The translations under genes were made by a program, and so were the position numbers. From a virus (Duplodnaviria; Caudoviricetes), in the IMG/VR virus record IMGVR_UViG_3300046786_000293, positions 64,001 through 128,000 of that record: 64,000 nucleotides of DNA, one strand, 5' to 3'. Shown here one piece after another: positions 30,971 through 40,211 of this stretch; positions within the stretch are counted from its first letter, which is position 1, and every line of letters begins with the position of its first letter. The notes under the pieces are model-generated. The model was not told the DNA's origin. It saw nothing but the letters and a program-made list of their open reading frames with translations, and made no database searches.

Positions 30971-31650
30971 AACCCAGCCTTTATGAGGATGTCTTTAACC
31001 CATTCAGTATCTGCCGCATAATCTTTAAATTTACGCTGCCAATAGTCAGGATCAATCCATGGCATTATAATTGAAATTTGTTCTTGAGATAATGTTTCTA
31101 AGAACTCTACTCCGCTGGCGCAGTTAAAAATAATCCAACTACTAATACGTCCGTTTGCAATGTGATGACATATTCTATTAGCATTGCCACGGCGAAAATA
31201 GTCGTTAAAACCATTTTCGAGGTTAGAGTTGGTGTCTGCATAATCCTGCATTTCCTTTAATGCTCGTTCTAAAGCATCTTGTACTGCTTCTTTTTTTACG
31301 TACTCGGACAACCATTCCAAGTACAATACTTCTTTACACCAATGGTCAAGTTTTTTATTATTTTTAAGTAGCCAGTCAACAAAATTAGCTACGTTTACAC
31401 ATCGTATGCCAGTTACATACCAACCAAATTTAACAAATGCAGTATAGTATTGGCTGCTGGCAAAATCATCGTAGGTTTTTAATTTTGCACTACCCTGAGA
31501 TATTTCATAAAATCGCAAGTATGCTTTAAACCCTATCTGTACAGGCTGTTCATTCTGTTGTTGGAAACGTCGCTTCTGTTCACACAAATGTGCAGTCAGT
31601 GTACTTTCTTTAAGATAAGATTTATTGCAGTAACGGCAAGTATAACTCAA
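30967..31650 (-). CDS. Hypothetical protein with N-terminal C2H2-like zinc finger
   Basis: CRYC...HLC. Confidence 0.75.
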   Translation of the reverse strand: MSYTCRYCNKSYLKESTLTAHLCEQKRRFQQQNEQPVQIGFKAYLRFYEISQGSAKLKTYDDFASSQYYTAFVKFGWYVTGIRCVNVANFVDWLLKNNKKLDHWCKEVLYLEWLSEYVKKEAVQDALERALKEMQDYADTNSNLENGFNDYFRRGNANRICHHIANGRISSWIIFNCASGVEFLETLSQEQISIIMPWIDPDYWQRKFKDYAADTEWVKDILIKAGL

Positions 31651-32117
31651 CCTAAATCCTTTTTAATGTCCTGATCACTGAGACCCATTTCTTTAGCCCA
31701 TGCCCGTATTTCTTTGTCTGTATTAAGACTAGCTAACAATTCTATTTCGTCTTGTTTCATCCAAGGGAAATGTTTAGTGATAAACTTAACTACTTTGGTA
31801 TTGGATGCGCCTTCTTTCTTTTTACTGCCTTGCCAGTAATGTCTTTGTCGACCCATGCCAGGACTTACACTAGTACACAACATCCATTGTAACTTTGGAT
31901 GTCTGCTTAAATCAAAGAAATGTTGATTGACACGTTCGTTGGTAGCACGTAGATACCATTCTTGGAAATCTGCAGATCCTTCTACACTGGCAGCATATCT
32001 GAGCATAAGATATGGGCTAAACTTCTTACGTTCTTCTTCGTTTAACTCGTCATAGAACCCTCGATTTTTTGTATCGAGTTGTGCCATTTCGTTGTTAATG
32101 CCTAGTTTATCGCTCAT
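31647..32117 (-). CDS. Clamp-loader small subunit-like (T4 gp62-like)
   Basis: FYDELNEEERKKFSPYLMLRY, FFDL...HPKLQW pattern. Confidence 0.6.
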   Translation of the reverse strand: MSDKLGINNEMAQLDTKNRGFYDELNEEERKKFSPYLMLRYAASVEGSADFQEWYLRATNERVNQHFFDLSRHPKLQWMLCTSVSPGMGRQRHYWQGSKKKEGASNTKVVKFITKHFPWMKQDEIELLASLNTDKEIRAWAKEMGLSDQDIKKDLG

Positions 32118-32352
32118 GTGTTATCTTTAAATTATACATTACAAATAGTCGATCTAGCAAGTCTTTCATAGCCGGATCTGCTTCGCACATTTGCAATACT
32201 TGATTTATTTCACTGCGATACATTTGTATTTCGGGGCTCATATCAGTAGTATAACCTACCAACTTGCGGTCAGTTTGACCAAACTCGCGGGCAAAGATTG
32301 CACCGCCTACACGCTCATAAATGTATGTTGTGCCAGGTTTAAGGTTTCCCAT
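32107..32352 (-). CDS. Hypothetical protein
   Basis: 81 aa, YIYER...IFAREFG. Confidence 0.7.
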   Translation of the reverse strand: MGNLKPGTTYIYERVGGAIFAREFGQTDRKLVGYTTDMSPEIQMYRSEINQVLQMCEADPAMKDLLDRLFVMYNLKITHER

Positions 32353-32489
32353 ACTTATATCCGTACTGCAAATGTGCCCAACGCAAGAAACGCTCTAAGC
32401 TATCCTTGTCATCAGGAAAACTTTCTAGATAAATTCTCGACAGTCTATTAATAATTTCAAATACTTCAGGTTCACTATACGGCATGATA

Positions 32490-32993
32490 TCACCAACATT
32501 TAGAATAATTTACAACTTCGCTTTGACGGGAGATGTCTTTGACAAAATAAACACACATAGGTTTTTCTGTCCCTGTTTCTAACGGTACAGCCAACATCTG
32601 TCCAGGTTTTAGTTTAGGAAAATACCATTTAACATCTTGATAAATGTCAATTACTTCCACAGGGTAGAACTCAGGCCTAAAACTAGCCATAGGATTAAAA
32701 GCAAATGCACTAAATCCACGGTCATTGATACTAGTGAGCGGGACAACTTCTAAATCTCCTAAGTCAGGTTCACCGATTAATAATTGCCAATCGATAGGCA
32801 TTTTGACGATATTATTGCCAATCTTTAAGACTAGTGCAGGACTGTTAAAACTTTCTAAAAATATAAGAGGAATAAAAAAGTAATCTGGATCTTTGGGATC
32901 TGAATTGTCTAGTACACAGAATCTAATATCATCAACTTCTTCGGGTATTTCGTTTAATTCGTAACTGGTATTGTCTAGTGTTAATAATCTCAT
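32490..32993 (-). CDS. Conserved hypothetical phage protein
   Basis: 167-aa ORF. Confidence 0.75.
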   Translation of the reverse strand: MRLLTLDNTSYELNEIPEEVDDIRFCVLDNSDPKDPDYFFIPLIFLESFNSPALVLKIGNNIVKMPIDWQLLIGEPDLGDLEVVPLTSINDRGFSAFAFNPMASFRPEFYPVEVIDIYQDVKWYFPKLKPGQMLAVPLETGTEKPMCVYFVKDISRQSEVVNYSKCW

Positions 32994-33638
32994 TTAATTT
33001 AGTTTCCAAGTAGTGTAATAGGCAGATATTTTTTGTTCGCCTGGCAATTGAACTAAGTTACTTTGCATAGATACATCATAAAAATCAACTTGCGTATATC
33101 CCAAGTTGGTCATTGCTCTATTAAAAATATTCTGCCCAAGAGATAGTACTATATTGCATCTCTTTTTTAATTTTGTAAAACGCATACCATTTATATTCGG
33201 TTCTTCGTAATCAATATAAATTGTATCTCCCGAATTTGATCCCATTAAATTCTCTAATAGAATGTATTTAGGTTTTACAAAATTTGCAATGTCTTCAAGA
33301 ATCTTCAACGGTACGTGACTATGATATAAGACTCCGTAGACTATTACAGCTTCAAATTCACCGATAGTTCTTAGACATTCATTAAAGTCATCCACAATTA
33401 TATTAACACAAGGATAGTTACTAGCTAAATTATCTGCTACAACTTGATTTAGTTCAATTGCTGTTACATTATTCGTATATTCAAGCAAATATTGTGTAAA
33501 CATACTACCGTTCTGTGGACCCAATTCGAGAGTTTTTAAATCACGTAATATCGGAAATGTATTTCGACTAATAGCTTCAAATCTCAGCTGATTGCCATAA
33601 TTTATTTCTTCTTGCGCGACCATATTACTATTATACAT
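32994..33638 (-). CDS. Class I SAM-dependent methyltransferase
   Basis: TLELGPQNG motif I, AIELN, YGVLYH. Confidence 0.8.
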   Translation of the reverse strand: MYNSNMVAQEEINYGNQLRFEAISRNTFPILRDLKTLELGPQNGSMFTQYLLEYTNNVTAIELNQVVADNLASNYPCVNIIVDDFNECLRTIGEFEAVIVYGVLYHSHVPLKILEDIANFVKPKYILLENLMGSNSGDTIYIDYEEPNINGMRFTKLKKRCNIVLSLGQNIFNRAMTNLGYTQVDFYDVSMQSNLVQLPGEQKISAYYTTWKLN

Positions 33639-33653
33639 TAATTTTGTTCATAG

Positions 33654-35099
33654 TCAACTCTGCCATTCTGTTTTTTCTACACTGAATGGATAGTTTGCGT
33701 CTTTATAAAAACTCTTACGTTTAGTTAAATGCCGCTTTGCAAATTTGCAAGTTGATGTTATGTCCCATATTTGGACGAAATCTTTGTCCTCAGCTTTGCG
33801 GATACCACGACCAATCGATTGGATAACTCTAGTGAAACTTTTACCACTTTCAATAAGCACGAGATTAAAAATTCTAGGAATGTTAATTCCAACCGCCGCA
33901 ATACCATACGTAGCCACCGCAATCTTACCATCAACGACTGCGAAATCATCATACTCATCTTTTCTTGCCTTTGCTTTAGTTGCACCGCTGACAAATACAG
34001 CATTATCAATTTTACTAGCTAACCGCTTACCAGGATCTACTCTATCAACTAGAACTAATGTATTGCCTGTTTCCGCAATCTTATTAATCATGCTGGCAAT
34101 ATAATCTAGTCTATCTTCTGTTTCTAACAAATACTTTAGTTCTTGTTGATAATCTTTGTACTCAACGTAGTCAACCATTTGTACTACATTGACATGACAG
34201 TTACTTAGATGCCCTTGTTCTTGTAGTTCGCTGGCACTAAGTTGACCCACTACTGGTCCGATACAACAGTTCAATGCTTGGAACGCATAATCTTCTTTGG
34301 GTACAGTGCCTGTTAGTCCCCAACGAATGGGCACCCGAGCAAAGATTGTAGTCAGCATAGACTTCAACGCATCTGCTTTGGCGCTGTGTGCTTCGTCAAC
34401 CATAACACAAACAACATCTTCAATGAAGTCGTGTATAGTTACATCTGCTTCGTAGTTCTTTGTATTTTTCATCAGAGCGTTGAGACTTTGCCACGTACAG
34501 ATAGTGTGTTGTTTAGTATATTCTTTTCGGTCACCAAATAGCACACCAACATCTAGTCCCATGTTTTTGTAGTCTGCTTCTGTTTGTGTAACAAGACTCT
34601 TACTTGGAACAATAACAATGCTACGACCTAAATGTTGCACACTTGCAGATAAGGCCGCTGTCATGATAGTTTTGCCTGCCCCTGTGGCTACTTCTTGAAT
34701 ACATTGCGGAGTCTTTAAGAACCTATTGATAATTTCAACTTGATAGTCGCGCAAAATAATCGGGCTACCGTCGGGCCAGTGCCTATGAAAGAAACTTGTT
34801 TCTAGAACTTGCCCTAACTCTAAGGTCGTACTGTACTCGCGTATATCTTCCACATCGATGTCATATCCGCGTTCTTCTAGGAATGGAAGTATCTCGGGTA
34901 GTAAGTTGATATAGGTTGTGCCACCTAAATTAAAGTATGGTACTTTACCATCCCACCGTCCAAGTCGAACTGCCGGCAAGTATCTTGCCCCAGGTATTTC
35001 ATATTTGAATTTTTCCACTAACCTTTTACGATCGGTGAGTTCGAGTCCCTCAATTTTTACATTGACTTCGTCTTTAATTATTAATCGTGCAGTTGTCAT
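33654..35099 (-). CDS. SF2 DNA helicase (UvsW-like)
   Basis: LRDYQ, ATGAGKT, VDEAH, GLTGT, QSIGRGIR. Confidence 0.93.
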   Translation of the reverse strand: MTTARLIIKDEVNVKIEGLELTDRKRLVEKFKYEIPGARYLPAVRLGRWDGKVPYFNLGGTTYINLLPEILPFLEERGYDIDVEDIREYSTTLELGQVLETSFFHRHWPDGSPIILRDYQVEIINRFLKTPQCIQEVATGAGKTIMTAALSASVQHLGRSIVIVPSKSLVTQTEADYKNMGLDVGVLFGDRKEYTKQHTICTWQSLNALMKNTKNYEADVTIHDFIEDVVCVMVDEAHSAKADALKSMLTTIFARVPIRWGLTGTVPKEDYAFQALNCCIGPVVGQLSASELQEQGHLSNCHVNVVQMVDYVEYKDYQQELKYLLETEDRLDYIASMINKIAETGNTLVLVDRVDPGKRLASKIDNAVFVSGATKAKARKDEYDDFAVVDGKIAVATYGIAAVGINIPRIFNLVLIESGKSFTRVIQSIGRGIRKAEDKDFVQIWDITSTCKFAKRHLTKRKSFYKDANYPFSVEKTEWQS

Positions 35100-36142
35100 T
35101 CTATAATAAAAATCTTTTCAGCATTAGCAATCCATGCTTGTTTTTTGGTTCCGACCATTAGGCTAGATTTAGATACTAACAGTCGTGGACTGATGTTAGC
35201 ATCAGCATTACGATTTAGATAAATGATTTCTTCTGTGTCGGGTCGGGGTAACCCAGTTTCATAAACATGAATGGGTAATCTATTTACCTGTCTAGCATAG
35301 TCAAGGACTTGATCCATACTGACGCTGTCTTGCTTAAAGGTATGCTTACGTCGACTAATCATTAGTCCTATCTTAGAATCAACTCGATTAAACAGTTCAG
35401 CGTAAAGCAATTTATCTACAGTATAACCTAACACTTCACTCATGTCGATTAATTGCATTAAGTTATCAGCACCAAACCCGCCATGGTGTTCGTTGATGTA
35501 ATCTATTAGACTGTTTGCGGCGTTAGTGATAGTATAACCCGAATCAGTTTTAACTAATTCAATCTTATAAATTTCTTTTTCTTTTTCCAATATTTTATTG
35601 TAGTACGCCATGACATCATTTGATATTTCAAATTCATGACTGCCACCGATAGTCACTGACCAATTAATCATATCTTCAGTCAGTGCCAAATGCCATTCTC
35701 TGTCGTCTGCGTTAAATGCCGCGGACCCTTTGCCTGCCCGGGCCTGTGTCTTAACTATTTCGATTAGTTTTGTATCGTAGGGGAATTTAACATGAATCGT
35801 GTCATTATGAATGTAGATCTTTTTGCTACGGTCTACATATCTGATTCCCAGTCTGTACTGATCCAATTTCTCAGGGAGTACCACAGGCTCTTTCAATTGA
35901 CTAAACTGTCTGCGATACTTTTCAACTATCCTACTAGCCAATGCGGCTTGTTTGTCTGTATATGCTTTATTATGAAAGGCCGTTTGTTCAGCCATGCTGT
36001 CAACTATACTGACATCATATCGTGCTAGGCTGATAGGACTAGAAAGGGTGTCAAATAAACCCAATTGCTTTCCGGTAATATCTCTATAGCCAGCAATGAA
36101 CTCAATGTAATCTTCAACGTAGGTAAAAGTAGGTGTCGTCAT
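35096..36142 (-). CDS. Hypothetical protein
   Basis: 348-aa ORF with own sigma70 promoter. Confidence 0.8.
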   Translation of the reverse strand: MTTPTFTYVEDYIEFIAGYRDITGKQLGLFDTLSSPISLARYDVSIVDSMAEQTAFHNKAYTDKQAALASRIVEKYRRQFSQLKEPVVLPEKLDQYRLGIRYVDRSKKIYIHNDTIHVKFPYDTKLIEIVKTQARAGKGSAAFNADDREWHLALTEDMINWSVTIGGSHEFEISNDVMAYYNKILEKEKEIYKIELVKTDSGYTITNAANSLIDYINEHHGGFGADNLMQLIDMSEVLGYTVDKLLYAELFNRVDSKIGLMISRRKHTFKQDSVSMDQVLDYARQVNRLPIHVYETGLPRPDTEEIIYLNRNADANISPRLLVSKSSLMVGTKKQAWIANAEKIFIIE

Positions 36143-36148
36143 AGACTT

Positions 36149-36176
36149 ATTATAACATATTTAAATTACAAGTCAA
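36149..36176 (-). promoter_or_regulatory. sigma70-type promoter
   Basis: TTGACT-16 nt-TATAAT. Confidence 0.65.
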
Positions 36177-36203
36177 AAAAAAGCCCCGCCGAAGCAGGGC
36201 TTT
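36175..36203 (-). terminator. Intrinsic terminator
   Basis: AAAGCCCUGC-UUCG-GCGGGGCUUU followed by U tract. Confidence 0.9.
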
Positions 36204-36253
36204 GAACAAATCGCCACAGGAGCTAACTGTATAAATGGCGATTCGAAACTAAC

Positions 36254-36433
36254 TTAACGAAGTCGAATCATTCGACTATGGTAGTTAACAACGGCCAAGA
36301 ACCACAAAAATATACCCCAACTGTAGTTACCTTTAACAAACTCATCTGTACCTTGTGCAAAGAGTACACCTATCAAAAACCATGTAATGGCATCTTGATT
36401 CGTAACATACCAAGTATGAAATTTACCCCACAT
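36254..36433 (-). CDS. Small membrane protein
   Basis: Two hydrophobic segments; start refined to ATG 36433. Confidence 0.6.
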   Translation of the reverse strand: MWGKFHTWYVTNQDAITWFLIGVLFAQGTDEFVKGNYSWGIFLWFLAVVNYHSRMIRLR

Positions 36434-36434
36434 A

Positions 36435-36629
36435 TTACATTCTCCAAAAAAGTTTAATACCAACCCACCTACTAAGAGGTGGTATCCAAAGCGGTAGTGA
36501 CAATACCAATACGTATGCTAGATCAATCCAAGGCCCAATAGTCCAGCGAAAGTATAAATTGAGCAGGCTCACTACCAGGTATACCAGCGCAACAAATACT
36601 AACCATAAAAGTGGACTAATAGGTCTCAT
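36435..36629 (-). CDS. Small membrane protein
   Basis: 64 aa, highly hydrophobic. Confidence 0.6.
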   Translation of the reverse strand: MRPISPLLWLVFVALVYLVVSLLNLYFRWTIGPWIDLAYVLVLSLPLWIPPLSRWVGIKLFWRM

Positions 36630-36799
36630 TCTTTTACTTCACTAATTTTAACACACTCGTAGACTTTTTTACCTACAAAAAATTTACCTAAACGTTCACA
36701 TTCTTTTGATACCATAATATGACCTTGAACATATCCAGCGTGATATCCTACAAATAAACTAACAACAATAATTAGAAATATTAACATAAACTTACTCAT
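36626..36799 (-). CDS. Small protein with N-terminal TM helix (not in ORF track)
   Basis: Manual translation MSKFMLIFLIIVVSLFVGYHAGYVQG...CERLGKFFVGKKVYEC (57 aa), coupled to both neighbours. Confidence 0.7.
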   Translation of the reverse strand: MSKFMLIFLIIVVSLFVGYHAGYVQGHIMVSKECERLGKFFVGKKVYECVKISEVKE

Positions 36800-36800
36800 C

Positions 36801-36983
36801 TTATTCTTGCTTGATACAAACCCAGCGAGTATTCTTTGTAGTAGACTTGGTCAGTGCTTCACTGGCCTTGCCTGCGGCCTGACATGTGGCTTCAGTTTTG
36901 AAACCTGGCACACTTGTCAAAGCCATGCTATCTTTATCACTAAGCATACCAGCGTGAACAAAAAGAACTAAAATCCAACTCAT
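36801..36983 (-). CDS. Small hypothetical protein
   Basis: RBS GGAG; 60 aa. Confidence 0.7.
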   Translation of the reverse strand: MSWILVLFVHAGMLSDKDSMALTSVPGFKTEATCQAAGKASEALTKSTTKNTRWVCIKQE

Positions 36984-36992
36984 ATTGACTCC

Positions 36993-37391
36993 TTATTTGA
37001 CTAGCTTATCAACTTCTGCTTCTGTCTTGTCTGCCAATGCGGCAAACATCTTACGCTTTTCTAAACGCTCTGCGGCCAGTCGTTGACGCTCACGTTCCTT
37101 GTCCTCGTACTTCTTACGCTTTTTTTCGTCGCTCATACGTAGCATAGCATCGTATTGTTGAGCACGAACCCAGCCTGTGAGAAAGGTTTCTACTTGGCTA
37201 AAGGTGCCCACAAAGATTTCTGCATCGCGGGCATAGATGGGCAGTGCTTCTTCATCAGGGAATAGTGCAACCTGATCAGTATCACCAGAGCCTCCCCATT
37301 GCCCATGCTTGAGATTGCCTAAGCGAAATCCCAACGTCTTGGCCTGCGCTTCGATGCGTTGCCAACGAGTGTAAGTTGAGTATCCGCTCAT
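36993..37391 (-). CDS. Hypothetical protein
   Basis: Start refined to ATG 37391. Confidence 0.75.
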   Translation of the reverse strand: MSGYSTYTRWQRIEAQAKTLGFRLGNLKHGQWGGSGDTDQVALFPDEEALPIYARDAEIFVGTFSQVETFLTGWVRAQQYDAMLRMSDEKKRKKYEDKERERQRLAAERLEKRKMFAALADKTEAEVDKLVK

Positions 37392-37549
37392 CGTGATTTC
37401 CCGCAAATATTAGTAATAGCCGTATCGGTGAGCCCGGCACGGATTCCTTCGATATGACATTGACCTTTGCTGTACTCGCCAACTGCTATGACGGAAAACA
37501 TTGAACCAAATATCAATGTAGCGGCAATCATAAACCATTTAACTTCCAT
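37388..37549 (-). CDS. Small membrane protein (not in ORF track)
   Basis: MEVKWFMIAATLIFGSMFSVIAV..., 53 aa, RBS GGAG. Confidence 0.6.
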   Translation of the reverse strand: MEVKWFMIAATLIFGSMFSVIAVGEYSKGQCHIEGIRAGLTDTAITNICGKSR

Positions 37550-37551
37550 GA

Positions 37552-37671
37552 TTATGCTCCATAATACTCCAACGATATTACCTTAAAGCCTGCTTCACGT
37601 GCCTCGTCGGCTTCGTAAGTAGTTTCCACAGAATACAAAAACAAGTCGCCATCCCATACTTGATACATCAT
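37552..37671 (-). CDS. Very small hypothetical protein (not in ORF track)
   Basis: MMYQVWDGDLFLYSVET..., 39 aa, RBS AGGAG. Confidence 0.55.
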   Translation of the reverse strand: MMYQVWDGDLFLYSVETTYEADEAREAGFKVISLEYYGA

Positions 37672-37979
37672 TTAACTCCTAAAACTTTGCGTTCTTCTGC
37701 ACTCAGTTTGGCTAATGCTTCTTTTTTAACAAGAGCCAGACGAGCCGTTTCTTCACGTTCTGCCTTTGCTTTGGCATCGGCTTCTTTGTGCTTGGCCCAC
37801 CAAGTCCGCACTTCGTCATCTTCAAGCAAAAGAAAATCTGCGTGGCCATCTTTTTCCAATTCTGTCATTGCTTTGCAGGCAATGCGAGCAAGACGATCAT
37901 TTTGCTTCTTCAAAGCTCTAATTTCGGAATCGTAAGCATCGTGTACACGATGATCATCTTCATAGTCTCTGCAGGGCAT
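37668..37979 (-). CDS. Hypothetical coiled-coil protein
   Basis: 103 aa, RBS AGGAG. Confidence 0.75.
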   Translation of the reverse strand: MPCRDYEDDHRVHDAYDSEIRALKKQNDRLARIACKAMTELEKDGHADFLLLEDDEVRTWWAKHKEADAKAKAEREETARLALVKKEALAKLSAEERKVLGVK

Positions 37980-38038
37980 GATATTCTCCTAATAGGTGGG
38001 GGACTTATTGACATTGCCCCGCCTTCACACGGCGTTCT

Positions 38039-39067
38039 TTACGCGGGCTTCATGCAAGTAGTAGAAGCCATCAACTTCCAACGAAGCGGAAAGCTCTTAC
38101 GCAGGTCAGCAATCTTAATTGCCATACGCAAGCTCATTTCACGCAACTTGTTCTTGTTCTCATCCATGAATTCAAGAATCTCATCTTGAGCACACTGCTC
38201 GAAGTCGTAGTCTGCAAACAGTTCGCCGTCGGCGGCAATCTGTTTGATACGCAGGACCTTGTCGCGCATAGTATCCAAGGTCAGATCCAAATAATGGCAA
38301 CGACTTTGCAGAGCATCCAAATGGTCGCGCAGTTTCTGCGACTTCATGCCATCGAACTTCAAGTTCGTAATAAAGATAACACTACCTTTGAACTCGAAAC
38401 TGTCAGGGATACCTTCGCGACGCAGAGTGGAACTTTCTGACAGCCAAGAAATCTTACGCTTCTTACCCGAGTCCAATGCACCTTTAAGCAAGTTCAACGA
38501 CACATCGTCAAGCAGAATGCTATCGCAGTCATCGAACACAACCACGCAATTGGGATCGCTGTACTTGTACAGAGTCTGATACAAGCCGATAGGAGTAGCA
38601 GAGCCTTTAACAACTTCTGCACGGAGACGCTTACCTGCAATTTGATCCAGCAGGGTGGCCTTTTCAATTTCTTGCTCAACACCGAAGCTCTTACCAACAC
38701 CCGGGGGGCCGCTAACAATCATTGCGCGGATTTCGCCGTTAGTTGCGGCCTTGGTCATTTCGTGCAGGATTTCAAAACGTTCACGAATACGCTCCATGAC
38801 TTGTTCATCAGTTTCTGCAGACACTTGTTCAGATTCTTTCATTTGGCTAGTAATAATAGATTCACCGCTCACAAACTCGTAATCTGCAACACCTTCCAAT
38901 TTGATACGAATGGTATCAGGAAAGTCAGGGAAAGTGCCGTTATTACGAACAGTAACATGACCGCCAGTCGCAGTCTTTTTATATTGCTCAACAAGTTCAA
39001 AACACATACCGGCAACGCTCTTGTTGCGATAAGAACCGTTACGGATACGAATAGTTGCTTGGGACAT
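38039..39067 (-). CDS. AAA+ ATPase domain protein
   Basis: Walker A GPPGVGKS, Walker B VVFDD, ITN, SRC. Confidence 0.85.
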   Translation of the reverse strand: MSQATIRIRNGSYRNKSVAGMCFELVEQYKKTATGGHVTVRNNGTFPDFPDTIRIKLEGVADYEFVSGESIITSQMKESEQVSAETDEQVMERIRERFEILHEMTKAATNGEIRAMIVSGPPGVGKSFGVEQEIEKATLLDQIAGKRLRAEVVKGSATPIGLYQTLYKYSDPNCVVVFDDCDSILLDDVSLNLLKGALDSGKKRKISWLSESSTLRREGIPDSFEFKGSVIFITNLKFDGMKSQKLRDHLDALQSRCHYLDLTLDTMRDKVLRIKQIAADGELFADYDFEQCAQDEILEFMDENKNKLREMSLRMAIKIADLRKSFPLRWKLMASTTCMKPA

Positions 39068-39099
39068 TTATGAGCTCCTGTTTTTGTTGCAATACATGT

Positions 39100-39128
39100 A
39101 TTATAGCAGAATTACCATTTTTGGGCAA
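39100..39128 (-). promoter_or_regulatory. sigma70-type early promoter (one of a cluster at about 39.1, 39.2, 39.55, 39.8 kb)
   Basis: TTGCCC-17 nt-(TGC)TATAAT; similar TTG...TGC-TAT(A/T)AT sites upstream of the next small genes. Confidence 0.65.
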
Positions 39129-39287
39129 TATCTTATCGTTTTGAACGGGTATCTTTTGCCTTCTTTTTAAGCAATTTTTGGACTTTTCTAGTCCTTTTTG
39201 CTATAATATCAGTATTATAGCACAATTGGGAATTTCGAGCAATACACCGTCAAAAAGGCAGGGTATTGCAAAAGTAATACTTAGGTA

Positions 39288-39536
39288 TTACTCTGTCAGG
39301 AGTTTAAATTCTGCGTAGTTATAACGGGCGCACATTTTATCAATATACATACGCAACAATTCTGGGTCCGTTTCTACTTCATCAGGTACTACCATAGTAT
39401 ACAGAGCCTTATTTGCTTTAAACACGCTTACATCTGAGGCAATAAGGCTAAAGTGCAAAAATTCTCGACTATAGGGACGCTTGTTCTCATACAGTTTAAT
39501 AAACAATGTACTTGCAGGGGTAAAGTTAAAACGCAT
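39288..39536 (-). CDS. Hypothetical protein
   Basis: Start refined to ATG 39536 (RBS AAGGAG). Confidence 0.7.
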   Translation of the reverse strand: MRFNFTPASTLFIKLYENKRPYSREFLHFSLIASDVSVFKANKALYTMVVPDEVETDPELLRMYIDKMCARYNYAEFKLLTE

Positions 39537-39613
39537 AACATACTCCTTTTTTGAACATGAGTGTATTATAGCAAATTTTGGATTTTTAATCAATACCCCA
39601 TCAAAGAGAAAGG

Positions 39614-39775
39614 TTAATCTGCATCTGCGTTGGTAATTTTCTCACCTAAATAACTTTTGACAGTACGAAGCAATTTTCGCTCAGTATCGTAGACAAACTC
39701 TTTTGTGTCGTCCTCCGAGTGGACCACAAGAATAAAACCGTTTGCGGCTTTGCGAATTTCGAGACTTTCAAACAT
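39614..39775 (-). CDS. Small hypothetical protein (not in ORF track)
   Basis: MFESLEIRKAANGFILVVH..., 53 aa, RBS GGAG, promoter upstream. Confidence 0.7.
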   Translation of the reverse strand: MFESLEIRKAANGFILVVHSEDDTKEFVYDTERKLLRTVKSYLGEKITNADAD

Positions 39776-39825
39776 AAACACTCCAAGTTATTGAAGCATT
39801 ATAATAGCATATTTTAGATTTAACG

Positions 39826-40200
39826 TCAACCTATACGGCGAAATACTGTATGTAACACACGGGAAGCATTTTCAAAATTTTGCTCCATATGTTCGATATT
39901 AGCCATACCATACGCAATCGTACCCATTTCAATATAATATGTTTCCGAAGGCCAGCGTCGTCGTTTAAGAGGATAACTGTTTATAAGAAGACATTCATCT
40001 GCTATGGGTTGGTAATTTTTGGTTCCCGATAACATTTGTATTGCTATAGGCTGTTCACCTATATTAGTACGACAAAAGTTTTTAGCAAATAAATGGACAA
40101 CGTAGGCTTCTACTTCGTTGTCCAAGTATACCGCACTTTGACCTTCGCTTTCCAGTATGAGGTCATAAGCGGCTCGAATATAATCTTGCCAATGATTCAT
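39826..40200 (-). CDS. Hypothetical protein
   Basis: 124 aa, EVEAYVVHLF, ADECLLI. Confidence 0.75.
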   Translation of the reverse strand: MNHWQDYIRAAYDLILESEGQSAVYLDNEVEAYVVHLFAKNFCRTNIGEQPIAIQMLSGTKNYQPIADECLLINSYPLKRRRWPSETYYIEMGTIAYGMANIEHMEQNFENASRVLHTVFRRIG

Positions 40201-40211
40201 ACTGTATTTAG